Source: an uncultured Candidatus Poseidoniales archaeon | GTDB taxonomy: Archaea; Thermoplasmatota; Poseidoniia; Poseidoniales; Poseidoniaceae | DNA: 64,000 bases | Reading direction: 5' to 3' | Assembly: GCA_964009815.1 (NCBI GenBank) | Contig: CAXGJQ010000001.1 | Coordinates: 5,332 to 69,331, forward strand | In this document: piece after piece, positions 1 to 10,134 of the stretch | Layout of the letters: each line of letters begins with the position of its first letter | How positions within the stretch are numbered: the stretch's first letter is position 1 | The notes under the pieces: generated by a model | Database searches by the model: none | What the model saw: only the letters and a program-made list of their open reading frames with translations | Told to the model about the DNA's origin: nothing | Position numbers and translations under genes: made by a program

Positions 1-1452
1 CTTGTTGCTTTCCACGGCGGTCGTTGTGTTGTGGAGGACGGCCGCCTGAAGGGCGGTTGGGGCGGTCGCTTTTCTGCCCAGGTCGATTTGGGCGGTTGTT
101 CGAGTTACGGTCGTCGTTTCGCCGGTTGCCGCCACGTTGGCCGCCAGACCGATTGCCGCCACGTTGACCTCCCGAGCGGTTGCCGCCATCGCCTCGCTTC
201 TGGCCACCACGGTTGTAACGACGCATTCCGCTGCCGCGCCCGGTGCCGCGACGAGAACGTCCCCCGCCGGGTGAGCCCTTGACCCGTCCGGGTTTTTGAC
301 CGGGCTTGGGCCGTGCCTTCTCGAAATGGTACGGTTGGTCTTCCAACACTTCGATTTCTTCACCAAGGAGTTGCTGAATGCCAACCAAATACCCCGATTC
401 TGTTTCATCACAAAACGAGTAGGCCAATCCTTCTCGTCCTGCCCGTGCCGTTCGGCCGATGCGATGGATGTAGACTTCCGGTTCATTGGGAAGATCAAAA
501 TTGAACACGTGCGTGATGTCTTCGACATCGATGCCGCGACTGGCGATATCGGTGGCCACCAGCACAAACACATCGCCTTTTTTGAACGAGGCGAGGGCTT
601 TGGTTCGGGCGGTTTGACTCTTATCACCATGAATGGAATCGGAGGGAATGCCAACCTTGCTGAGCTGCTTCGCCAAACGATTTGCAGCGTGTTTTGTTCG
701 TGTGAAAACAATGCCGCACGAAACCATTTGTCCCTCGATAAGGTCAATGAGCAACTCGCGCTTGTCACTTTTTTGGACGAACGCAATGTACTGCTCGATC
801 CGGTCGGTGGTTGGCGCTTCTGGACTGATGTCAACTTCTACAGGACGGTGAAGCATTCGGCCGGCGAGTGTACCAATGGCTTTGGGCATGGTTGCACTGA
901 ACATCAGATTCTGACGCTTGTTTGGAACAAGGGCGAGGATACGCTCAACGTCCTTGCTAAAGCCCATGTCAAGCATGCGGTCAGCCTCATCCAAAACGAA
1001 GTGCTCCACCTGGCTCAAATCAACATGGCCTTGATTGTGAAGGTCCAGGAGGCGTCCTGGTGTTGCGACCAAAATATCCACGCCACGTCGAAGAGCTTTG
1101 ACCTGTGGCGATTGCCCGACTCCACCGAAAATGACGGTCGAGTACAACGGAAGATGGCGCCCGTAAACGCGCAGGCGTTCAGCAATTTGGGCAGCCAGTT
1201 CACGGGTGGGGGTGAGCATGAGCGCTCGAATGGGTCGTCCAGAATTGGGCTGCTCACTGGCGAGGTGGTGAAGAATGGGAAGGGCGAAGGCAGCCGTTTT
1301 TCCCGTACCGGTCTGCGCGATACCCATCACGTCGCGGCCCGACATCAGGGCTGGAATTGTTTCGGATTGAACCGGTGTAGGGGTCTGATACCCTTCGGAA
1401 GTCAGAGCTTCCAAAATTCGTTCATCAAGTTCTAAATCGCTGAAGGTTGACA
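1..1452 (-). CDS. ATP-dependent DEAD-box RNA helicase, 3' end runs off left edge; C-terminal RGG/GGQRGGNRS-rich tail
   Basis: Reverse-strand translation starting at ATG (rc) 1450-1452 gives MSTFSDLELDERILEALTSEGYQTPTPVQSE (Q-motif), AQTGTGKT (motif I), VLDEADRML (DEAD), SAT, HRIGRTARAG. It is followed by a Gly/Arg-rich repeat tail that continues past position 1. It is absent from the ORF track because it has no in-window stop. Confidence 0.85.
40..290. repeat. Imperfect short tandem nucleotide repeats encoding GG(Q/N)R(G/S)GN repeats of the helicase tail
   Basis: Repeated ggttgccgccacgttg / cgccagaccgattgccgcc units are visible in the sequence. On the minus strand they encode RGGNRSGGQRGGNRSGGQRGGNRRNDDRN. 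Confidence 0.6.
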
Positions 1453-1631
1453 TGCCGATGCCTCAAGGACGAGCACCCCGCGACCGTAGCCTTCGGACCA
1501 ACCGCTCCATTCGGGCCTCCAACCCTTTCCCTATGAACACCGAGGGTCGCGACCAAGTCAAACAAGACATTCAGTTTGATATCCATGAAAACGAACCATG
1601 GGTTTCTTGTTCATGACATCGGTTTCGGGTT

Positions 1632-2564
1632 ATGGGCCGGCCTCTTCACGTTGTGACCGGCGCTTTTGGCTACTCAGGCCGATGGATTGCTCACCACCTG
1701 TTGAAAGAGGGTGTGCACGTTCGAACATTGACCAACGCCGTGGGACGAGACGACCCCTTTGATGGGCAAGTGGAAGTGCATGGACTTGATTTCAACGATA
1801 TGGACCGGTTGGTCGATTCATTGCGTGGTGCTGAAGTGCTCTACAACACGTATTGGGTTCGATACAACAAGCGAGACAAGCAATTCGCTCACAACACCGC
1901 CGTAGAGAACACACGACGGTTGTTTGAGGCAGCAACCTTGGCCGGTGTCAAGCGCATCGTCCAATTCTCTGTGGCCAATCCAACCAAAGCTCCAAATTGG
2001 ACGTATTTTGAAGGCAAAGTGGAAGTTGAGCGTCTATTGGAAACATCGGGACTCTCCTACGCCATTTTGCGTCCAACGGTTCTTTTTGGTGGCCATCGAA
2101 ACGTCCTCATCAACAACATCGCCTGGATGCTCCGTCGATTCCCTGTTTTCGGCGTGTTTGGTTTTGGCAATTATCCGATTCAACCGGTTCATGTTGAGGA
2201 TGTTGCAGAGGTGGCCATCGCCCAAGGCAAGGCAAAAGAGAACGCCATCGTAGACGTTACTGGCCCCGAGACGTTTCGCTACAAGGACTACATTCGCCAC
2301 ATGGTAAAGGCGATGGGATTGAGGCGGATGATTCTCCCCATACCTCCGCTGGCCGGGTGGATGTTTGGAAGGGTGTTGGGTGTGTTTTTGCAGGACGATG
2401 TCATCACGCGCGCTGAAATCAAAGGTCTCCGTCAAGGATTGATGGCCTCGTCTGCCCCACCGGTGGGCACGCGTTTGTTCTCAGAATGGATCGCTGAGCA
2501 CGGGGCGTCCTTTGGTGAACGCTATCAAAATGATTTGAAAGAGCGACGCTACAAAGCGCCCTGA
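1632..2564 (+). CDS. NAD(P)-binding Rossmann protein, NmrA/SDR/NDUFA9-like (epimerase/dehydratase family)
   Basis: N-terminal VTGAFGYSGRWIA dinucleotide-binding motif. Overall resemblance to NmrA-like / complex I 39 kDa-like atypical SDRs. Confidence 0.55.
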   Translation: MGRPLHVVTGAFGYSGRWIAHHLLKEGVHVRTLTNAVGRDDPFDGQVEVHGLDFNDMDRLVDSLRGAEVLYNTYWVRYNKRDKQFAHNTAVENTRRLFEAATLAGVKRIVQFSVANPTKAPNWTYFEGKVEVERLLETSGLSYAILRPTVLFGGHRNVLINNIAWMLRRFPVFGVFGFGNYPIQPVHVEDVAEVAIAQGKAKENAIVDVTGPETFRYKDYIRHMVKAMGLRRMILPIPPLAGWMFGRVLGVFLQDDVITRAEIKGLRQGLMASSAPPVGTRLFSEWIAEHGASFGERYQNDLKERRYKAP

Positions 2565-3017
2565 TTACAGCCCGAGGGCCTCGGGCTTGACTCGGGAGGA
2601 AAATCGCGTGACCGTACCGTCGGCCTCGATGATGAATTTTTCAAAATTCCAACGAATATCGCCATCGTAACCATCGGCATCAGCGGTCTGGCAAAGGGCA
2701 TCGTAGAGTGAAAGGCGGTCCTCCCCGTTCACATCGGCCTTCGCCATGAGCGGAAAGGACACGTTGTAGGTAGAGGAGGTAAATTCGCAAATCTCCTCAT
2801 GGGTTCCAGGCTCTTGACGGCCGAATTGATTGCACGGAAAACCGATGACGGTCAAATCGTCATGGGCTTCGTGAAGAGACTGCAGGCCAGCGTATTGTGG
2901 CGTTGCTCCACAAGCACTGGCCACGTTCACCACCAGCCAACGAGTGCCGCCGAGTGCTCGAAGAGTGGTTTGTTCGCCGTCCATGTTCGTAAAGGGGATG
3001 TCGAGTGGGTTGCCCAT
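2565..3017 (-). CDS. Glutathione peroxidase (Cys-type)
   Basis: LVVNVASACGATPQY (catalytic Cys), FPCNQFGRQEPG and WNFEKF motifs of the GPx family. Confidence 0.85.
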   Translation of the reverse strand: MGNPLDIPFTNMDGEQTTLRALGGTRWLVVNVASACGATPQYAGLQSLHEAHDDLTVIGFPCNQFGRQEPGTHEEICEFTSSTYNVSFPLMAKADVNGEDRLSLYDALCQTADADGYDGDIRWNFEKFIIEADGTVTRFSSRVKPEALGL

Positions 3018-3105
3018 GATTTATTTTTGATGCCCATTAATTATCAAGGTGTGGTTCACTGCAAGAGAGGCAAATCCTCTTCAAGTGCCGGTCAGTGGTT
3101 AGGCT

Positions 3106-3669
3106 ATGCACATTCTCATGGAGACCACCGCAGGCAACATAACCATCGAACTCTTTACCGAAACCATGCCGGTCACGGCAGGCAATTTCCTTGATTTGGT
3201 TCAACAAGGCTACTACGATGGCCTTCACTTCCATCGAGTCATCAAGGGATTCATGCTTCAAGGCGGTTGCCCCTACTCGGCAGACCCCAACTCCCCGCGT
3301 GCAGGGACTGGAGGGCCAAAGAGTGGAGGGAACTACACGACCAGTGATGGCCAATCAATTACTCGAAACCGAGGAGGAAACATCCCCGATGAGCATCCAG
3401 AAAATGCTCAGTTTTCAAACAAAGTCGGAACGCTTTCCATGGCCAACACGGGCCGGCCCGACAGTGGTGGCTCGCAATTCTTCATCAACACCAAACACAA
3501 TGATTTCCTTGATTGGTGGGACACTCGCTCACCCTCTGCCCACCCTGTCTTTGGCAAGGTCACTGAAGGTATCGATGTCGTGAGAACCATTGAGAACACG
3601 AAAACAAATCCACAAACAGATCGCCCGAAAACTCCTCAGCAAATCATCCGATGCACCGTCGTAGAGTGA
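3106..3669 (+). CDS. Peptidyl-prolyl cis-trans isomerase, cyclophilin type
   Basis: FHRVIKGFMLQGG, LSMANTGRPDSGGSQFFIN, FGKVTEGIDVV cyclophilin signatures. Confidence 0.9.
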   Translation: MHILMETTAGNITIELFTETMPVTAGNFLDLVQQGYYDGLHFHRVIKGFMLQGGCPYSADPNSPRAGTGGPKSGGNYTTSDGQSITRNRGGNIPDEHPENAQFSNKVGTLSMANTGRPDSGGSQFFINTKHNDFLDWWDTRSPSAHPVFGKVTEGIDVVRTIENTKTNPQTDRPKTPQQIIRCTVVE

Positions 3670-3675
3670 CCTCCA

Positions 3676-4641
3676 TTGGAGCGTGAAGGTTTGGTTGTTC
3701 TCGCCGTGCACGGAGGTGCAGGTGGCGACGGGCCCTGGCGCGGCATGACCGACGCAGACCCACAACGTGTTGCCTGCATGCAAGCGCTCCTCACAGACCT
3801 CGGGAAGCGGCTCGCTCAAGGTGAACTCACGGCGACTGAAGCGGTGACCTTGGCGGTCGAAGCCATGGAAGACGAACCGTTGTTCAACGCTGGAAAAGGC
3901 TCAGTGCTGGACGAAAACGGCGAGGTGAGCATGGACGCCAGCATCATGCGAGGCGTGGACCAAGCAGCTGGCGCCGTCATCGGCCTGAAGACCTCACGCC
4001 ACCCAATACGAGTAGCGCATCATCTGTTGGCCAAAGGTTGGCCCGTTATGTTGACCGGTTCGGCCGGCGACCGATTTGGCGAGGAAGAGGGAGTTGAGCA
4101 GGTGGAATTGCCATGGCTCAAAACCGAACTGCGTCAAGCGCAGTGGGCCAAATGGAAGGACCAACGCCTCCGCCCCGGGGCAACCGACGAAGAGGATGCT
4201 TTGCTCGACCACGATGGAGATGAGGATGGATGGGGCACGGTTGGAGCGGTGGCCTTGGACGTCCATGGAAACGTGGCTGCAGCCACGTCCACCGGCGGAA
4301 TGACCGGAAAGCCGGTTGGACGTGTTGGTGACACCGGAATCATCGGAGCAGGCACCTGGGCTGACGCCAGCATAGCGGTTTCCTGCACCGGAATTGGTGA
4401 GGCCTTCATTCGAACGGCGGCGGCCCATTCAATGGCCATTCACCATCGAACGATGTCCTTGCCGCAGGCAGCGGAACGTGTGTTGAATGAAGTGGAACCG
4501 TTTGGCGGGCGTGGTGGATTGATTGCCCTCAACAGCCAAGGCGACGTCGTCATGCCATTTCAGACGATGTTGATGTACCGAGGGGTGTTTCAAGATGGCG
4601 AGGTGAAGGTTGGCATTGGACCGGAGTTCATTCAATCATAA
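3676..4641 (+). CDS. Isoaspartyl peptidase / L-asparaginase (Ntn-hydrolase, plant-type asparaginase family)
   Basis: LAVHGGAG N-terminus. GTVGAVALD with Thr nucleophile after the autocleavage site. GIIGAGTWAD. Confidence 0.8.
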   Translation: MEREGLVVLAVHGGAGGDGPWRGMTDADPQRVACMQALLTDLGKRLAQGELTATEAVTLAVEAMEDEPLFNAGKGSVLDENGEVSMDASIMRGVDQAAGAVIGLKTSRHPIRVAHHLLAKGWPVMLTGSAGDRFGEEEGVEQVELPWLKTELRQAQWAKWKDQRLRPGATDEEDALLDHDGDEDGWGTVGAVALDVHGNVAAATSTGGMTGKPVGRVGDTGIIGAGTWADASIAVSCTGIGEAFIRTAAAHSMAIHHRTMSLPQAAERVLNEVEPFGGRGGLIALNSQGDVVMPFQTMLMYRGVFQDGEVKVGIGPEFIQS

Positions 4642-4682
4642 ACGCCCCTAAGTTCATGACCTGTTAGGCGGACCGGAGGCTT

Positions 4683-5858
4683 ATGCCTGTGGATGCGGAT
4701 GAAGCCTTGCGCAGAGCAACATTGATTCGCAGCGACCCGTCACTCCGAGGAATATCACGCCGCAACGCAGCGACCGAAGAAGGCGAAATCCTGTGGGAAT
4801 ACCTCGCTCCAGACGGTGAGCTCGTTGAGGAGGAAGATATCGTTGAACGCTGGAATAAGATGGGACTGCCGCCGGCGTGGGAAGATGTTTGGATTTGCCC
4901 CAATCCACGAGGCCACATTCAAGCAACTGGCAGGGACGTGAAGGGCCGATTGCAATACCGCTACCATTCTGATTGGACGGAGATCACCACCGAAATGAAG
5001 TACGATGACGTGGTGTATTTCGCCTCCCAACTCCCCCGCCTCCGGCGCCAAGTTGCTCGTGATTTGGAGTCGGGAGGAATGACCCTCAACACGGTCGCGG
5101 CCCTGGTGGTTCGATTGATTGACCTTTACAACATCCGCGTGGGTTCTGATGAATACGCGAAAGCCAACGAATCCTACGGTTTGACGACCCTCAAATCCAT
5201 GCACGTGAAACACATCAAAGGAGACGACGCAGAAGGGCGCCATGATGCAATTTTCTCCTTCACCGGTAAGTCGGGTAAAGATTGGGACATCACCATCAAG
5301 GACGACTACCTCGTGGATTTGATTCTCAAAACCAATCGTCTCGGGGCAAAGAATGCTGACTTGTTCATGTACATCTCAGAGGCTGGAAACGAGGTTGACC
5401 TCAAGGCCGAACATATCAACCAGTACATTCGGGAGTCAAGTGGTATGGCGTTCACAGCCAAAAATTTCCGAACATGGGCGGCGACGTACCGTTGCGCAGA
5501 ACGCTTGGCCTTTCTGGCCAGGCCAAAAACCAGCCAAGAAATGAAAAAATGGATGAGGTCCATTCCGAAGGTTGATTCAATGACCAAACTGTGGAGCGAA
5601 GGCGATTGGGCGCCTCCGGCCAGTGAAGCCGCCAAGAACAAGGCCATGCTTGCCGTTATTGATACCGTCGCTGCTGACCTTGGAAACACACGAACGGTGT
5701 GCCGTTCATCCTACATTCATCCTTGGTTCCTCGATGCTTGGGCGGAAGAACGGTTGGGGGAAAAATGGGCTGAATTTGAGGAAATGCGCGCCATGGGCAA
5801 CATGACCGGGGGCGAAAGCACCACCCTTCGAATCTTGAAATCAGTCATCAAAGGGTGA
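4683..5858 (+). CDS. DNA topoisomerase IB (poxvirus/bacterial-type TopIB)
   Basis: [25 protein letters not shown], and a C-terminal CRSSYIHP containing the putative catalytic Tyr. Size and motif order fit small TopIB enzymes. Confidence 0.7.
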   Translation: MPVDADEALRRATLIRSDPSLRGISRRNAATEEGEILWEYLAPDGELVEEEDIVERWNKMGLPPAWEDVWICPNPRGHIQATGRDVKGRLQYRYHSDWTEITTEMKYDDVVYFASQLPRLRRQVARDLESGGMTLNTVAALVVRLIDLYNIRVGSDEYAKANESYGLTTLKSMHVKHIKGDDAEGRHDAIFSFTGKSGKDWDITIKDDYLVDLILKTNRLGAKNADLFMYISEAGNEVDLKAEHINQYIRESSGMAFTAKNFRTWAATYRCAERLAFLARPKTSQEMKKWMRSIPKVDSMTKLWSEGDWAPPASEAAKNKAMLAVIDTVAADLGNTRTVCRSSYIHPWFLDAWAEERLGEKWAEFEEMRAMGNMTGGESTTLRILKSVIKG

Positions 5859-5934
5859 GCCTCTTCATTGGGCTTGGTTCGCCTCTTTTTCTGTCTGCGC
5901 ATTATTTATTAAATGCCGCCACCGGATTGAAATC

Positions 5935-7536
5935 ATGGCAAAACACCGAGCGGGCGACCGTCGAATTATCAGCATCAGCATTCCAGAAGACTTGGCCAAA
6001 AAACTGGACCGTAAAGTCGGAAAAGGCCGAGCAGGTGGCCGGTCAGCGACCATCGCCCGGTTGATTCAGCAAGGGCTTGAAGAACAAACTCCCACGGTTT
6101 CTGAACCGCCTGCAGAAAGCCGTCGGGCAGAAGCCACCGAAGGGGAAGTGCGAATTGAATCCGATACGATGGGTGAGCTCAACGTCCCGGCCGACCGCTA
6201 TTTTGGGTGTCAAACCGCTCGCTCACTTCTCAACTTTGATATCGGCCATGACACCATGCCTTTGGGCGTTGTTCGCGCCTTTGGTGTGCTAAAGCAAGCC
6301 GCTGCAAAGACCAACGTGGCCCTCAAACAACTCGACCCAGAAGTGGGCGACCTCATCATCGCTGCGTCGCAAGAAGTGATTGATGGACACTTGAACGAGC
6401 ACTTTCCACTTCGCGTTTGGCAAACCGGAAGCGGTACGCAATCGAACATGAACACCAACGAGGTGATCGCCAATCGAGCCATCGAAATTGCGGGTGGCGT
6501 CTTGGGTTCCAAATCACCCGTTCATCCCAACGACCACGTCAATCGGGCTCAATCGTCCAATGACACGTTTCCAACCGCCATGCACATCGCCGCTGCCGAG
6601 GCGTTCACGCATCGTCTGCTCCCCAGCGTACGTGCTCTTCGCGATGCTTTGCAAGCCAAATCAGTGGAATGGAGAGACATCGTAAAAATCGGGCGCACCC
6701 ACCTCATGGACGCTGTCCCTCTGACCCTCGGGCAGGAAGCATCGGGATGGGTGGCTCAATTGGACGCCGACCTCCGGCGGCTTGACTTTGCACTGGACGA
6801 CTTGTTTGAATTGGCCCTTGGCGGAACGGCGGTGGGGACTGGACTCAATGCCCATCCCCTCTTCGCTCAGATGGTGGCTGATGAAATTGCCAACATAACA
6901 GGCTTGACCTTTTGCTCTGCAGAGAACAAATTCGCTCAACTGGCTGCACACGATGCTATCGTTGCAGCGTCCGGGGCGCTGAACACCTTGGCGGCGTCAC
7001 TGATGAAAATCGCCAACGACATTCGGTGGTTGGGCTCCGGTCCCCGTTGCGGACTTGGCGAATTGGCTTTGCCGGCCAACGAGCCGGGGTCGTCCATCAT
7101 GCCTGGAAAGGTGAACCCGACCCAATCCGAAGCCATGACCATGGTGTGCTGCCAAGTCATGGGCAACCACACGGCCATCACCATTGGAGGAAGCCAAGGC
7201 AACTTCGAATTGAACGTCTTCAAGCCACTGATGATTCACAATTTCATGCACTCCGTGGACCTGCTCACAGATGCGTGCCGAACCTTCCGAACCCGCTGTG
7301 TGGAGGGGCTGGTCGCTGTTGAAGACAACATCCAGTCGCACTTGGAGAATTCGCTGATGCTGGTCACCGCCCTCAACAACCACATTGGGTACGATAAATC
7401 GGCCAAGATTGCGAAGAATGCCCACGAAAAGGGAACAACGCTTCGCGAATCTGCGCTTGAATTGGGCTACTTGACCAATGATGAGTTCGATGCTTGGGTT
7501 CGCCCTGAGCTTATGACGGGACCGAAACAAGGTTGA
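5935..7536 (+). CDS. fumC: Fumarate hydratase class II (FumC) with about 70-aa N-terminal ribbon-helix-helix-like extension (or fused upstream RHH ORF)
   Basis: [22 protein letters not shown] and [17 protein letters not shown] (class II fumarase/aspartase superfamily signature; fumarase-like version). Residues 1-70 read [19 protein letters not shown]...[12 protein letters not shown], which is RHH/CopG-like. An in-frame GTG at 6148 would give a canonical fumarase N-terminus [16 protein letters not shown]. Confidence 0.85.
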   Translation: MAKHRAGDRRIISISIPEDLAKKLDRKVGKGRAGGRSATIARLIQQGLEEQTPTVSEPPAESRRAEATEGEVRIESDTMGELNVPADRYFGCQTARSLLNFDIGHDTMPLGVVRAFGVLKQAAAKTNVALKQLDPEVGDLIIAASQEVIDGHLNEHFPLRVWQTGSGTQSNMNTNEVIANRAIEIAGGVLGSKSPVHPNDHVNRAQSSNDTFPTAMHIAAAEAFTHRLLPSVRALRDALQAKSVEWRDIVKIGRTHLMDAVPLTLGQEASGWVAQLDADLRRLDFALDDLFELALGGTAVGTGLNAHPLFAQMVADEIANITGLTFCSAENKFAQLAAHDAIVAASGALNTLAASLMKIANDIRWLGSGPRCGLGELALPANEPGSSIMPGKVNPTQSEAMTMVCCQVMGNHTAITIGGSQGNFELNVFKPLMIHNFMHSVDLLTDACRTFRTRCVEGLVAVEDNIQSHLENSLMLVTALNNHIGYDKSAKIAKNAHEKGTTLRESALELGYLTNDEFDAWVRPELMTGPKQG

Positions 7537-7537
7537 G

Positions 7538-8617
7538 TCAAGAACGGCGGAGCGCCCGAAGTTTTGCCTGGAGGGCAGAGGTTCGCTCATCGGTCTGTTC
7601 TGTCATTGAAGGCCCCTGGCTCTTCAGGCGACGGTGCAACATTTCACGATCCCAGACATGGATTTGACCATCTTCGCACCCGATAGCGGCCCGTTCCTGA
7701 GTGCCGTGCATGCTCCGCACTTTGGCAAACTCACCCGTCGCAACTTTTCCGCCTTTATCGGTGGCCCAAACGTTGAGCATACTGCCTTGACCGTCGTCAC
7801 GGGCCAACCACAGGAGTGAGGCTCCGTTTTGCTCCATGGCTTCGGTTTGGGCAGAGACTGGCGCCCCATGCGATGACCAACATTTGTCGCCTTTCTCTGT
7901 TCGACCAACGGCAAGGCCAGCATCGGTGGTTGCCACGTAGCCTTTGACCATGCACGTCAAGTGTTCAATGGCGCCTTCTTCGGTGGAGAGCACCGTTCCA
8001 AGATGTGAAACAACGCTCCCGTCGGTTTGCCCAAACAACCCTTGGGTTCGCCCGGTCGCTCCCGCGGTGGTGGGAGAAGAAGTGGGGGGTTTTGTGTGGG
8101 TGAAGGGCGGAGCGCCTGAGATGTCGAGGTGGCCGCATCGTGGACGCCCCAATCCGGCGAGCAAAGCATCGTCGGTGCAAACGAGAGTCCACGGGCGTTC
8201 ATCCATCCGTTCGACCCAAAGCAAGGTTCCATCCGAAGCGATTCTCCAAATCGCCGATTCAATGAAATCGTTGTGCTCGATATCGTACACCGAAGAGATG
8301 GCCACGACATCGCCTTGCCACCAAATGATGTCGTCAGCGCTTCCCTCGAGGGCCATTGACCACAGCTCTTCACCGGTGTTTCTGTCAAGGGAAACGACGT
8401 GCAAACCACTGGCTACGACGACTTGGGTTTCACTCAAGGCGATGGCGCTAACCCGGTCGTTGGTTTGAGCAGTCCACCGGTGTTCGCCGTCTTCGGCCCA
8501 GTGCGTCAAGCGACCATGCCATCCCCCTGCAAACACATCCTGTTCGGGCGTAAGGTGAACCATGGAAACCGGTTGGTCCAAATTTCGGACCATCCATGTC
8601 GCCCCCTTCAGGTCCAT
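7538..8617 (-). CDS. PQQ-like / WD40-like beta-propeller repeat protein
   Basis: Repeated W/G-rich blades (GDVVAISS..., DGTLLWV..., DGQIHVWD) typical of PQQ-enzyme-repeat beta-propellers. Confidence 0.45.
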   Translation of the reverse strand: MDLKGATWMVRNLDQPVSMVHLTPEQDVFAGGWHGRLTHWAEDGEHRWTAQTNDRVSAIALSETQVVVASGLHVVSLDRNTGEELWSMALEGSADDIIWWQGDVVAISSVYDIEHNDFIESAIWRIASDGTLLWVERMDERPWTLVCTDDALLAGLGRPRCGHLDISGAPPFTHTKPPTSSPTTAGATGRTQGLFGQTDGSVVSHLGTVLSTEEGAIEHLTCMVKGYVATTDAGLAVGRTEKGDKCWSSHGAPVSAQTEAMEQNGASLLWLARDDGQGSMLNVWATDKGGKVATGEFAKVRSMHGTQERAAIGCEDGQIHVWDREMLHRRLKSQGPSMTEQTDERTSALQAKLRALRRS

Positions 8618-8752
8618 GCAACGAGGAAGCCCTCCCCCGACATAAGGAGGTCGCTCGGTAGCGTCAACTTTCCTCGCATTCTGGACCGTTCACTTCCACC
8701 GAGCAAAAAAGAAAGGCTACCGTGAACAACACGGCTTAGGGATGGTGAGCGC

Positions 8753-9220
8753 ATGATAACACGGGAAGGTATTGAAAAGGCACAACAAGCATGGGGAGAA
8801 GGAATTGTAGCGATGGCTTCGGCACACCTCGAGGAGGGCGATTATGTTGGAATCGCTCGAAACCACGTCGAAACCCTGTACGCTTACGGAATGAGCACGG
8901 TTTTGTTCAAGCCAACCCTCGCTGCCGTGGAGCAATTTCGCCCCACCTTCGAGCAAGCACTCTCCTATTTTGTCGCCTCCAACAATGCCTGCCCTGAAGA
9001 CAAAGGATTCGCTATCAAGGGATGGACAAAGGTTCGATTTGAGAACACCGACATCATCCTCGATGGGTCAACCGCTTTGGCCATGGGGAACTATTTCTTC
9101 ACGCCCCCGAAGGGCGAGGAAGTCAAGGTGGAATACACGTTTGGCTACGTGCTGGATGATGCTGGCGCCTTGCGAATCAATCTCCATCACTCCTCCATGC
9201 CAGCCATTGCCGACCAATAG
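8753..9220 (+). CDS. Small conserved protein, NTF2-like/SnoaL-like (DUF4440-like) fold suspected
   Basis: 155 aa, no TM. The pattern AWGEG...F...G...W..V resembles ketosteroid-isomerase-like proteins. Weak call. Confidence 0.3.
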   Translation: MITREGIEKAQQAWGEGIVAMASAHLEEGDYVGIARNHVETLYAYGMSTVLFKPTLAAVEQFRPTFEQALSYFVASNNACPEDKGFAIKGWTKVRFENTDIILDGSTALAMGNYFFTPPKGEEVKVEYTFGYVLDDAGALRINLHHSSMPAIADQ

Positions 9221-9231
9221 GCCCTCTTCCT

Positions 9232-10113
9232 TCACAGCATTGGAATTCGGCGGCGCGGAATAGCAAACGTGAGCACAAAGGCAAGCAAGCCGAAAATGCA
9301 GGCCGACCAGTAATGCCCTACCGTGAAAAAGGCGACCACAGAGGATGTACGAAGCAGAACAATGGAACCCGATTTCAGTGCCCAAACAGAAAACCCAGCC
9401 GCGATGAGGGAGAGGCCCATGAACGCAAAGCCAACCAAAACATACACGGCTTGAGCGCTGGAATCCATCAAAGGATGGTCTTGTTGAGAAGGGGTTCGAT
9501 CCACTGTGCGAATCTCGCATGCTTCGGTGGTTCCTTCACAGGGCTCTTCTGCAAAGGTTTGCTCGGAGGGGAATTCGAAATCAATCGATGTAAATCCAAT
9601 GGGTTCAATCAATGCCGGGGGAGACAAGAGAACGCGGTTGGAATAGACGTCGCGATGGTCGTTGCGATGAACGATGATGTCCACGCGAATCAACCCAGGG
9701 TCCAATTGTTCAAAGGAGAAATATCCCGATTCGTCGGTCACGTTTTCCTCGGAAACCCACATGCTCGAGGCGTCGTCCAACCATGAAAGGTAGACCGTGG
9801 CGTTCACCATGGGTTGTCCAGCCTCATCCACCACCGTTCCGGTGAATGTCGCCGTATCGTCTGGAGCCGTCAACGCCAATCGGTAAACAAATTCATCCGG
9901 TCGCACCAAACCATCGTTGGGAGAAGCATAATCCAAACCGTTGAGAAAACCCAACATGCACGTGAAGAGGAGAAACACAGCGGTCGCTTTTCCGATGGGG
10001 TGGAGATTTGGGTCTTCGATGGTGAGAACAGCCTTGGAAGAGGCAAACAGCATGGGCGTCTCATCGGTCATTTCGTCGAGGTAGGTCGCATCGTCTTCTG
10101 CGCCCTCCGACAT
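9232..10113 (-). CDS. Membrane protein with carboxypeptidase-regulatory-like (CarbopepD_reg) beta-sandwich domain
   Basis: GTVVDEAGQPMVNATVYL...TDESGYFSF motif. Several hydrophobic helices (AVFLLFTCMLGFL, VLVGFAFMGLSLIAAGF, LLAFVLTFAI). Confidence 0.45.
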   Translation of the reverse strand: MSEGAEDDATYLDEMTDETPMLFASSKAVLTIEDPNLHPIGKATAVFLLFTCMLGFLNGLDYASPNDGLVRPDEFVYRLALTAPDDTATFTGTVVDEAGQPMVNATVYLSWLDDASSMWVSEENVTDESGYFSFEQLDPGLIRVDIIVHRNDHRDVYSNRVLLSPPALIEPIGFTSIDFEFPSEQTFAEEPCEGTTEACEIRTVDRTPSQQDHPLMDSSAQAVYVLVGFAFMGLSLIAAGFSVWALKSGSIVLLRTSSVVAFFTVGHYWSACIFGLLAFVLTFAIPRRRIPML

Positions 10114-10134
10114 GGTCTTGCTGAGGCGGGCGCC

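Noticed and set aside
31-1435. Plus-strand ORFs 31-282, 296-1435, 313-504 and 633-851 from the six-frame track
   Set aside because: They lie antisense to a complete DEAD-box helicase reading frame on the minus strand (all helicase motifs in order) and have no recognisable motifs. They are shadow ORFs in GC-rich DNA.
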